Below are positions 25,041-37,100 of a stretch of 64,000 nt of DNA, in pieces. The stretch lies in assembly GCF_964355755.1 (NCBI RefSeq), contig NC_092672.1:29022437-29086436 (forward strand), in the 5' to 3' direction. The notes beneath the pieces were generated by a model that saw nothing but the letters and a program-made list of their open reading frames with translations, did not search any database and was not told the origin of the DNA. The DNA is from Antedon mediterranea. Lineage: Eukaryota > Animalia > Echinodermata. Both the position numbers and the translations under genes were made by a program. Every line of letters begins with the position of its first letter. The stretch's first letter is position 1.

Positions 25041-26405
25041 ACGTACCCGTGAAGTGCTCATTAAAACCATTTTATGGTACATGAAAAAAAGGTTCCCGTA
25101 TTCATAAAAAGAAAAAAAATACATGATAATACAAAGTTAAAAACAAAATAAATATTTTTATGGTTAAAATTAGACTTGTTTTACTGCATGTGATTTGTTG
25201 TTTTTACCTAAAATGTTGAGAGCATCATCTTGCATTAATTCCTTGGTGATGAGTTGTGGTAGTCCTCGTACATGAAAAGAAAGTGTATAAAAGTTATAAA
25301 CAACATTTTGTATGGTAAAAAAATCGCAAATTAGGCTCGAAGTTGTTGTTTTTACCTAAAATGTTGAGAACATTGTCTTGCATGAATTCCTTGGTTGTCG
25401 TAGTTCCCGTCGTACATGAAAAGAAAACAATATATAAATTTATAAACAAATATTTATAAGTAAAACTTTAATTTAACAGTTACAAGCTAGACTCGAAATA
25501 TATGATTGGTTAATTACTTACCTAACATTTCGGGGAAATGTTGTTGTGGTGGTTGCCGTAAATCTAGGGAAAAAATACAAAGCTATGAAACAATAATATT
25601 TGTGTGTAAACGCTTAATTCAACTAGGTTAAGCCAGACTCAACCTTAAATTAATAACGAATGTGATTGTTTTACATGAAATATATATAACTTTTGCTTGA
25701 ACAACATCATCTCCAAGTCGATTTCCTGGTAGGTTGTAGAGTAGTGCCCTCGAAAAGAAGTATAAATCAAAAGAAAAGAATTCAGAGTTATAAAAATTAA
25801 CTTACAAGTGTCAAACTACTTTATATTACTTTTATTGAAATTAATTAAAATTGCGATTGAATATTCTTACCGGTATTCATCCGAGATATCAGTCGTGGCA
25901 GGGTTTCGTGAAAACGAAAAAAAAACAACAAATTATAAAGTTATACTAACTGTAGCCTACAGTACTTTTTTAAGTATATGCTAAATCTTAAAAGTAAAAA
26001 AAATAATATTATTTTAAATACAATACAGTAAGTATTTTACCTATGACGTGTTAAAGGATTGTCCTGAATAAACGTCATGTATACCGTAGTTGCTGATTCG
26101 TTGGCAAACTAAGATAGAAAAAAAAATACAATAGCATTAACACATTATAATAACTAATAATATAATAACTAATATAGGAAAAATATAACGCAAGGGTGCC
26201 TGTAGGTTTCTCAATATAGAATCATTAGCATTATTAATTATATATTAAAAGAATTATTATAGTGATTAATCTAGCTAGTTATTTACATTACATTTTTAAT
26301 TTATTAACTTTGGAAATTATACACAATAATTAAAAAAAATCGTATATACTTACTTAGATACGATACTTACTTAGATACGATACTTACCAATAGCAACAGG
26401 TTCAT
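25041..26405 (-). repeat. Degenerate tandem array of ~8 micro-exon/short-intron units (~150-195 bp period)
   Basis: Minus-strand GTAA/GTAC donors at 25046, 25207, 25355, 25521, 25674, 25870, 26040 and 26387. Intervening segments carry a TAAC-like branch motif and a polypyrimidine tract. The units at 25207 and 25355 are clearly homologous. Confidence 0.6.
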
Positions 26406-26609
26406 TTTAATATTGTTATTGTTATATATACTATTATTATATTTATTTTTGAAACTTAAGTATGAACATAAGACACTTAAATAGAGAGAGAAACAAACAT
26501 TGATGAATATGTTTTTTATATTATTACTGATGTTTGTGTTATCAATATTACTACTATATTATTCGTTTAATATTTGAACGCCACGAATGTGAATAATAAC
26601 AAATTATGT

Positions 26610-27900
26610 TTAAATCAAACGCTGGTTAATACCCCGGCATGTTGGAATTATCTTTTCATTTTCTTGTATGGTATTCAAGATGTTAATTACAAGACCTAGA
26701 GATAGCCGATCATCCGCATTGAATGCCGTACAAGCCTGCCCAAGGTCAATCATCTCCCTACTTCCAATTGCTAGTGCTATGATCTTCAAAGCATGACCGA
26801 CGGAATACACGTCACCCTTAACTGAATCGCTAGCACCATTTAGATATTTTTCTGGTGCTAAGTCTGGATAATCTTGTCGGAACTTTAGGCCCTCGTCCAT
26901 CGATGAAAAGGTTAACTTCTTATGTTCTCTTGGGTATTGCAGTCTGCATGCCATCCCAAAATCTGTAATCTTCGCTCTATATGTGATTCCATCGTGGTGG
27001 ATTAAGATATTTCTAAGCGCTACGTCATTGTGAAGCAGTCCTCTTTGATGGATGGTATTGAGGGCAGTGACCACTTCTATTGCCATAGACATACATTCAA
27101 GCGCACTTAATGAAGGTTGTCCTGTTTGCAATACCTGCAGAAATGTTGTACTGGACATGCTGCGAATGTTGCCAATAAACTCCTGTACCATACAGCATAC
27201 TTGACCTTGGCGAAAAACGCCAAAGACTTGAGGAACAGAAGGTAGATCGTATAAAAACTTCATAACACGCGCTTCCATAACCATCTGGTACCATGCTTCA
27301 TCAGGATTGTTATAACTATCCAAAAAGGCCGTTTTGACTGCGACAAGGAGCTGATGACCTGGAAAAAGATTTGATGACATCAAGTCAACACGTCCATAAC
27401 TTCCCTGCCCAAGACGTACGGGATTACAAAGGTGAGAGACGCACGTACTATCCAACAACCTCATAGGCGGCAGCATTTCCGAAAGTTTTGCTGTAGCATC
27501 TCTACAGTTAAGGACGGATGTTGGTGAGGTGGTGGTGTTACTTGTCGATGCACTATCGAAGCTACTTACAGATGACAATGGCCATTGCGATGAAGAAGAT
27601 GATGGAACACTACCCAAACGTTTCCTTTGTGAAAGCTCACCAGTTGATAACGCGGATGTTGGTTTTTGTAAAATACACCGGGATAGAGAAGCGGCAGATG
27701 CCGAGGATGATGACGCCGCACTACGATCACGTTGCCTTGGGAGACTGATTTTTCCGGGTGATAGACCTGGTATGGCAAGTATCTGGCCAAGAGAAAGCGC
27801 GAATGTCGATGACCGTGGCTTCACAGACGACTGTGATGATGATGGTGGTGATGATGGTGATGATGATGATGATGATGACGACGACGACGATGATGATAAT

Positions 27901-27946
<46 letters not shown>

Positions 27947-29541
27947 ATGACGAACTCAAGTTGCTATCCGCTGATTCATTACTTCTGATACAAAAAAGAT
28001 GAATTACTGCTGTCCAAATCTTTCTAAATATTGACTTTCTTCTTGCTTTCTGGGGTACATCTTGTTGAGATCTACTTAATTCAAAACAAAAAAATAATTA
28101 ATTCATAACAGTTACACTAGATTATTCGATAATAATTTCAATAGTAGACCAAGTTCCAGCAGTACTAAAGAATAGCGATCAGCTTTCTAGGCCGACACTC
28201 AGCATGTTATCAGGGCTATGCCATACAAAAACTATCTTAGTATATTAGTAAGTTCAGGAGCTAGTCTACAAATTACAATCACGTTTATACCTACCTTGAC
28301 TACAGCAGAGCCCAGAACTAGGCCTAGTCTAGGCCATGGCTGTATTTATTATTTATTATTATTACATATAGGCAGTAGGAATAGGTCTAGGCTAGTGGCC
28401 TACTTAATCTACTAGGTAGGCTAGTTATAGCGCCTAATTACATAGGCCTAAGATTAAGATTTCTATTAATTATGCCTAGGTTAGGTTAGCTTACCTAGTT
28501 TAGCTAGGCTACCTAGCTAGTATATTACTAATAGGTCTGCTTCAAGGCCCTACCTATGTTGAAAGTACCTCTCTAGTCTAGCCTACAGTTTGGCCTAGTA
28601 GTAGATAGAGGTTAGACCTAGGCTACCTTTTAATTAGTACTAACTATACTACCACTACTACTACTACCTAACCTAGCCTAGTACTTTATACTACTAGGCC
28701 TAGGCCTACTACTAGTACTACTACTAGCGATAGGCTATATATTTTAGTTTTACGCAGACCTCTAGGACTAGCTAGACTAGTAAAGGAAAGAGGGCGTAGG
28801 CCGAGGCATCTAGCTTAAGCTAGTAGTAGGCTAGACCTAGTCCTAGCTAGGCATAAGCTAGAATACTATTTATTACGCCTATATGGCATAGCCTAGGCCT
28901 AGCCTAGAGTAGGCTAGAGGCTAGGCCTAGGCTAGTCTGTTAGTTTAGTCTACGCCTAGGCTTAGAGTAGATAGGCCTAGGCCTAGCCTAGGATTTTGCC
29001 TTAAATAACAAATTACCACTACTATTGATAGGCTAGCCTAGGCCTGGCCTAGCTAGGGCCTACGTAGTAGTAGGCCTACCAACTAGCTAGTTAGAGGGCC
29101 TAGCCTCCGGCCCTAGCTAGCTAGGGCCTTCCTGGGCTGGGGCATAGGCCTACTACCTAGGCTACAGTATTAGCCTACTCTAGTAGGCTACTATCTAGGC
29201 CCTACTAGGCCTAGCCTACTACTAAATTAAAGGCGCCTACTAGGCCTAGGCCTAGGCCTAGGTAGCTAGCGAGACCTAGCTAGGCTAGTAGGGTAGGCCT
29301 CCTAGCCTAGGCTAGGCCTATGCTAGGCTAGGGCCTGTCATTTTATAATAGTTGGGTTAGGCCTAGTAGCCTAGGCTAGGGCCTAGCCTAGGCCTAGGGT
29401 TAGGTAGGCCCTAGGCCGAAGAACACAATAAACAAAACATTTGTTCAAAGTCCAAAAAAAAGCATGGGCTTAGGCCTACCCTTCTTCATTTGGTTGGTCC
29501 ATGATGCCTTGTTGAAGCTCAATCGATTTGTTGGTGGCCAT
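26610..29541 (-). CDS. Divergent non-RD protein kinase with an N-terminal poly-Ser region (two coding exons)
   Basis: Exon 1 29480-29541 (MATNKSIELQQGIMDQPNEE, phase 2) joins exon 2 26610-28071. Kinase motifs: LGQGSYG, VAVK, alphaC Glu (MEARVM), HNDVALRN, DFG, APE, DVYSVG. Confidence 0.88.
27834..27953. repeat. GAT/GAC trinucleotide microsatellite encoding the kinase poly-Ser tract (TCA/TCG on the - strand)
   Basis: Directly visible ~120-bp trinucleotide run, in frame with the kinase. Confidence 0.95.
28180..29480. repeat. Non-tandem low-complexity tract saturated with TAGGCCTA / CTAG / TAGCTA palindromic words (kinase intron 1)
   Basis: Dozens of overlapping TAGGCCTA, TAGCCTA and CTAG words with no fixed period. 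Density rises towards exon 1. Confidence 0.9.
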
Positions 29542-29687
29542 TGCTTGGTTAAAACAGAATCTTAGAATAGTTTTCGAATTCGAATTTTGCTTAGTAACAC
29601 GTTAAGACTATACACATCACACGTTAAAACAACTGATAGAGAGAGAAATCTCAGGTTGTTGTCGATTTTTAGGTGGCTGATGCGCTG

Positions 29688-29695
29688 CTTATATA
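29688..29695 (-). promoter_or_regulatory. Putative TATA box of the kinase gene
   Basis: TATATAAG on the - strand about 150 nt upstream of the ATG, with CpG-rich sequence further upstream (29700-29825). Confidence 0.55.
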
Positions 29696-31154
29696 GATAA
29701 TAAGTAGCGCGTATGCGTGCACGTTCGAAATGCATCTTTTTGTTCTACGCGCGGTGAAAAGAACGGTCGGAATGTTCTATGGTTGCCATGATACGCTTTT
29801 CGAAATTCCATCTACGTGGCGCTATACGATCTTTGGTTTATATTAGGACAAGTTAGGAGGCCTACTGTAGCCGTATTCACCAATTTCCCTTAAATCCTAA
29901 GGATTTCCCTTCCTTAAATCAAGAAAATATTAAGGGTTTCACTTAACTGGTATTCACAAAGGGTTTAAGGTTAAGGGAAACACTTAACTTGGTCTATTTT
30001 ATTATTTATTATTATTATTTATTATTTTTTTATTATTTTATTATTATTAGATTGTATTCATTCGTAGTTTGATTTTTAATATTATTTAAAACACATTATT
30101 AAGTTTAATGGCTAAATCAAACATTACAAAGTTATGTATACAGCATAATGACTGAAAATAACCCTAAAGCTCTGTCTACACTATCAAACTCGTTTGACAA
30201 AAAAATGTGTGATGTGCCCAAATATATGGTAGTCATGCTTAAAGATATGGTAGTGTAGTGATAATAAATATGATATTATTATTAGAGTTCCGTGACTCAA
30301 GATTTGTCGTTATGAAGTAGGATGGCCAGTTCCTTTCCACCTTATCCTCTATAAAATTTGCAACCAGGTTCACCTAAGTGACCTAAGAGTTGTTAATATC
30401 GGGAATTGAACCCGAGACAATAATTATATTGAAAAACTATACATAAAAACAAATTAAAGTTGACTAAATATGAAAATCACGTGTCCTATCGTGCCTTCCA
30501 TACAAATCTATTGCGAAATAACTGAAACAAGGAATTGTTTTTATTCTGTTTATTTTATAATCGTCTGCTTCTACATTTGCTTCATTTTCATTTATTCAAT
30601 CCTCTCCTTGAACATTGTTTTCATTTCATTGTATCTGTTAACAATCATCAGCTTGTGTACGTATATTGATTGTTAAACGTAATTGTCATGTTTTGATCCA
30701 GTAAGGTCTTATCAAGCGTAGACCTTTATAAAAACTTAGTCTACACTAACAAAAGCTCAGACTCGAGCAAACTCCAAATTTGGCAAGAAAAGCTAGATTG
30801 CTAGTGTAGGCCTAGACAAGTTTACTATATTAGTGTAAACTAGTTTACGTTTACTAGTTAAATTAAGTCGTGCACCTATTGACAAACTATTTTACTGTAC
30901 TGAGGTTGGGGAACCCAGTAAATCAAGTGCTTTGCTGTCATGTGATCCTCCGTCGACAACATAACAGCTTCCATTAACTAGTCTAAACAGGAATCACAAA
31001 CTTTTCAAAACAGTGGAAAACTCAAAGTTTACATTAGCAAACAAACCCTTCAGTAAAGATTGCTGATAAATTACAACAGGTACATGTTGTTGAACGTAAT
31101 ATAAACGCGGGAATTTCAAACTGGTTTTGATAAACGTGCATGTCTCTAAGATGT

Positions 31155-34100
31155 TTATCGGTTATCTATTGCAGTCATAGTTTCCGGGCCTATCGGGATG
31201 GCACATATTGATCGTCTTAGCTGGCTACATCCCACAACTGTCCATTTGCCGTTTCTTTTGATTGAAATGCATAATTTACTTTCCTTAATAGATAAAGTCT
31301 TCTCCATATCTGAAAAAGATAAACATAGGCTAATATAAATAATATAGGTTTTGAGTGATGAGTTACGAATGATGATGTAAAAGTCAAAAAAAGAAGTAAC
31401 AAAAGTCATAATTAATAGAACAAAGATAAATGACTTAAGTAGGCTACATAATGCGCATGGGCAGACGAACTGGTGTAGGTGCTCCTTGTCGAGAGCTAGG
31501 GTCATATGAGTGGGGTTTGGATGAGTTGTGCTATTGACCGTAGGAAGATAGCTTACTTGAATATTTTGATTGGCTTGCTGTTTTAAATGTGTATCCAATC
31601 CACACGTCCTCTACGTATTTGTACGTCCTCAGTAGAACATTCTGAAGGACTTCATTTTCGTTGGAAGAATCAGCTGTTGCGATGGCGCCTCCTAGCGATT
31701 GGCAGCGCTTTTTTGCGTCTTTCCATTGTAGCAGTTCGTCTGACATAAAATAGCAATGGCTCGCAGTTGTCCTACTGCAGGCTGGAAAAGAAAATTGTTA
31801 AATATAAAAACATCGAGTCTCCAGCAGACAATAGTTGTTAAGTATTTGTAAAACTAAAAAGGGTATAGCTCTGGGGTAAATACTATTTGCAACAAAATTG
31901 AAATTGAAAAACAAGCAGTAAAAATAAAATAAGCTCCCCCTCCCTCCACCCTCTGGTTTTAATAACAAAATCTTGTCCTAATGACAATATTGGAATTTTA
32001 CTATGTCAGACATGCTGGCTCTGATTCTTCTTTATGGATACGTACCTCTTATGTGAAATGTACATGGCTGTACAACAGCACCATCAACGTTTGCGTAGCC
32101 TATGCATGTTACCTTCTTTAGAGTACCTGGTCGAACGTTGAACCCCGACTTTGGGCTGCAAAATGTGGTGAATTTTCTCTCAAGCGGGTCAACGACAATC
32201 GGATCATCGCTCCAGTAAACATAAAGGTTTCGTGACCCAGTCTGAATGGACATACTCACTTTGGTGGGACACACCATTTTAGGGAATTTGATATCTGAAA
32301 CAAATTAAATTATCATGTTTTATTTCTAAAATCATAGCTGCAGCTTGGTAAGTAACTAGGAATTAATTTTGTCATGACAATTCTTGTGCGCATGTATGGA
32401 CGTGCTCGGGACTGCCATTCCAGTCATAATTTTGTCCTCTTATCATTATCTATATTATACCAACGTCTTTGTCATCATCGTCTTTATAATGACATCATCA
32501 TCTTCATCATCATCACCATCATCATGATCATCATTCCATCATCATGATGATGATCATCATCATCATCATCATACTGTAATCATTCTCATCATTATTATCG
32601 TCAACAGCCCAATTCCTACCTGTCTCACAAATAGTGCTTGCTTTGTCTGTGCATGATGTCATTCGCCAGTACCCATTAGGCTTGAATGTTGCACATTGTA
32701 AACCATATTTGTATTTTCCAGATTTTGGATTGATTAATTCTGAAAAGAAATAAATAAAATATGTATGCGAAAATTCCTAAATGTCATTAAAAACTCTTTC
32801 TTTACCGGTAGAGAGATGTTTACATTTATAATTTATTAGATCATCAATGGTATCGGGTGGACATTATCATCTACAGGCCTCTTTAAACTACATCAGAGAA
32901 GCTTGGTTCCCACTAGTGCCGCAATGCAAGGACTTAGATGCAACGCAAGCGAGTAGACCAATCAAAAGCGACAGTTTGAATAATCAATCTCTTGATTGGT
33001 CAACACGCATACGTTGAATTTATTTGTTTGCGTTTTGTCTTTAGTGTGAGAACCAAGTTTAACTCATGAAGTTGTACAAGACTTCGTAACGCTTGCCTCG
33101 TGTGGAGAAGAATGACGTTAAACCAAATTTGTTTTAGTGATGCTATTGTAATACTATTGTGTCAACAAATAGGCCTACCAAACGCTAGTGTGAATCAGGC
33201 CTTATTGACTTACTAGAAATCGGTGACTCAAGACCGCTTGTCCACGTCCATACGCCATCATTGTCCATGTCATTGTAGCCTAACCACGGTGTGCGCAACG
33301 CTTTACCATTATACGCGATCGTACTTTGAATACGTTTATTTTGAAACTCTGAGCGAATTGTTAACAATTCACCACCGTTTCTTATACAGGCATCTTGCGC
33401 TTGCGCACGTGTCTGTTTCTTATGGATGAATCGTGTGCAGCGCCCGTCTCTAATGACGTCACAGACTGAAACAAAATATGGAATTTTAGATAAATATTGC
33501 GGCTTTGATCGGAAGAAACATACAAATTGTCTCAACACAAATGGTTTAAGTTACATTAGTGATGTGAGAACACATTAGACCATACACACTGAATGTATAA
33601 TGTTAGTCCTTTCACAACCAAAACACAAAGCATTTTCAAACCGTAGTATTCATGTTTGTTTCAACATTACCTATGATCTCTATTCTAAACGAACAACGCC
33701 GAACAAATTCTCTATAGACAGTATCTCTGACGTCACACTGTACATGCGTAACTCCTTCTTTAAAGACACTGCCAGGTGTATGAGAGCACTCCAGGACGCC
33801 AATTCCCCGTGATCCGTCCACAGGCCAAAAGACCTTTGAGCCTGACTTCTTGTGAGGTAGAACTAGCTGTATGTCGCGGGGACACGATAACGCGGAGCCT
33901 AACAAAGAAAGTTATAGAATGTTATGATATAACTCATTTTAACTTAAGTTAAAGAGATTACATTGTAACGAAGAGGCAAATGAGTACATTTCACTCGATA
34001 CACGACAGTACGAAATTATGAAGACGTCATTTTTGTTTGGTAGTAGGCCTAATGGATGGAGTCAATGTCCAGCATGATAAGGCGAAATAATGTAGAAAGC

Positions 34101-37100
34101 CTAATTTTCTAACTGTAAATATACAACACAAACAAAATACCATTAGCATTATGCTAATGGAATAATACGATGAAGATGGTATGTAAATTCGTACACGTAC
34201 TAGCATCTCCCTTACAGAATGAGTGCCTATTGCTGAGCTTCTTTGAATATGTAAATTTGTTAAGACTTGCCTGTTGTAAAGACTTCGACTTCGGTGACAC
34301 ATAACGTGTTCCAACTATTAGCTTGGATTCCGACGACTTTGCCTAACAATGGTCTTGTGCACTGTACGGGTGTTTGAATCCGATCATGACGCAGAGTTAT
34401 GTGTGAACACACTGGATTTAAGGTCAACTCACTGTTGAAACCAACGGTAGCATCAGCCCAAGGTGTCTTGAAGTCTGAAATTGAAATATTGGATTGGGAT
34501 AGAATAGGTATTATGTACGTTTGTTTGTAAACATTGACAGTTGAAGCAAATGAAATGGAATGGAAAAAGACATATTTAACATTGCCACGCACAACATTGG
34601 TTTATCAAGGTTAGAGGCGATGAAATGTACTTTGTAGAGTTACAAAATCTGTATTATGCTTAGTGACAATTAGGGGCCTACTCTATGGTTGAGATCTGGA
34701 AGGCGTTTGAGGGCTACACGTTGCAGAACAAAACGCTTCCTTAATTCTTTTGTTCCGTACTCAATTAGACATTTAAATAATCGTTGTTAAGTCGTTGAAT
34801 TTTGTTGCTATGTCATTTTGTTGTATTAACCTTTTAACTTTGAGCAATTGTATGTCACATGAATTTCCGTATGGACAAATAAAATGAACTATGAACTATG
34901 AACTATGAACTTAATTAGTACAAAGTAACAGCAAAACGTTAAATTAACTTTCATTTCTCAACGACGACCTTCGCAGCCCTTTTTATCAATAGGCGAATCT
35001 ATTCGCGCAACTGAGCTTTGATTGGTTTTTCATTGTATGCGCATCCCAAAAATAGATAGAAATACGCATGTGCAAAAACAACGCCTACAGTAGTACCTAC
35101 TAAGTTTAAGGTGAATTTGTAATTTCATTGCTAACTGGTGATTAAATGATAAATTACAAACAAGCCAACATACCATAACCTAAGCATTTTGTTATTCGTA
35201 AATGTTTAACTACGAATATATCTTCTAGGTCTACCTTCCACCAAGGCTTGTATTGAAATTCTGGATATAAAAAAAACAAATATTTATAAGATGTTGAAGC
35301 ATATGTTAATCGACTACAAAGAAGTCAACTTCATAAGTCGTTCAATGGCAAATACAAATCTGAAGGAAAGTATTTTTTATGATGAAGAATGTAAAACAGG
35401 GAAGAGTATTTTGGCGCTCCTTTCAGTCTATTCGCTTAGACCGTCTGCTCGAAACAACAGTAAAACGTCTTTTTTGCAAACTTTATGTTGACGAATTGTC
35501 TTCTAAAAAAATTAAGTACAATTTTATATTACAAAAAAACATCATAAATTAGAAATATCTTACGTGTTACGAGTGAACTTGCGTGGCTATCAATAATTTT
35601 AGGCCAAAAATATCCATCAACCACCGATGCTGGGTCCCATTTCCATACACTGCTGGCGTATGTAGGCTTGCCTCTAGCGACGCTTCCAGGGCAAGAATAG
35701 GTATTACACACGCGTCGCTCTCGGGCTACCCCGGTACATTCGCCTGGAAAGTTACAGACTCTGACTCGGTCTTGAACCGCACCTCCACAAGAAACTGGAC
35801 AGTCACTCCATTCGGACCATTTGTTGAAAGAAGCTGTAAGGAATAAATAATATTGCGAGTTCTGCATTATTTTTTACAAAGTAGACCTAACATGAGCATG
35901 TTAATCTAAAAACGTTTACGATGTAACTTTTTCAATTTTCTTTCTTTGCAAAATAAACCATCAAGTTGGTATATAATCGAACAAACCAAATCCAAACTTT
36001 CCACCAATTACTTAGCTACTCATATCTACTGGGTTCATTTTCTATTCTTACAACAAAATTCTTTTACCATTTTTTCTCGTGTGATATGTGAATAATATTC
36101 GTGTAAAACTCGAGTACGTTACCCAAATTTCACCTGAATAAAACTCGCGAGTAACTTATGATAATAGAGTGTAGTTACATACAGTTACTGTACCTTTACT
36201 TGTTTTGGATTTCCATATTTCACAGACAACACTAGCATTCCACGAGCAATAGCGTTCTTTCCAACCGCCGTATACGTCAGAGACAACACAGTCAATAATG
36301 TTTCGGAAGATTTGTGACGGTGGTGACGTCACGAAATCTGAAAAAATCATTTTAAATATTTTAAAATAGATACGAGATATAGGTAATGGAAGTTGGTTGT
36401 AGACACAAAACATTTTTTTCAACAAAGCTAGCCGACGACAAAAAGATTTTTAAAATGTATTTTCTAAGAAGAGATGTTTAATAGTCATATATGACATTCA
36501 TTTAGCATTAGTGGAGCTTCTGCATTTTGACAAGATTTGACACATCTAACATATTTAAAATAATTATAAAACCATACAAATATTACAAAATGTTACAATA
36601 TTATAGACCTACTAAAAAGTTCTCTTAAATTTCGAAATTGATTAATATGAATTTCATTTGGAGAAATTGCAATCTAAAATTGGAATTATCTTAGTTGTCT
36701 AACTCTACCTGATTTGTTAATAATAAATTCGTTACATAACAGTTGATAACGCTTTTTTTTTCATAACATTTCTTGATTGACAGATCGCATTATCTAAATT
36801 AATATAATTTAATTTCTAAACGCCCTCTATGGTATATAAAATGCCACCTGTTACACAGTTGATAATAATCTTTCTAACAGTAACAGGTGATCAGTGATGA
36901 AAGTAATATATTTAATTTGCATCCACGTTTCATTTATTATTGTGTTGTTTATAAGGTAAACAAGCTATCATTAAAAAACCAATGAAACGAAGGTGTTCTA
37001 CCGAGGCCTAAACTGTCCATGCTAACATTTTACTTTGCCGGGTTTTTACTTACTATGATAAAAACTTTGTTCTTGTGTGGTGGATCCCCATACATATCTC

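Noticed and set aside
27529-28002. 157-aa + strand ORF with a poly-Asp run (also the poly-Met/Thr ORF 27758-27988)
   Set aside because: Antisense shadow of the kinase poly-Ser microsatellite; no independent gene signals.
24200-30000. Kinase region as a bounded transposon or endogenous virus
   Set aside because: No matching TIRs, LTRs, TSD, transposase or viral genes were found; only truncated MITE ends near 24290, 24790 and 29870.
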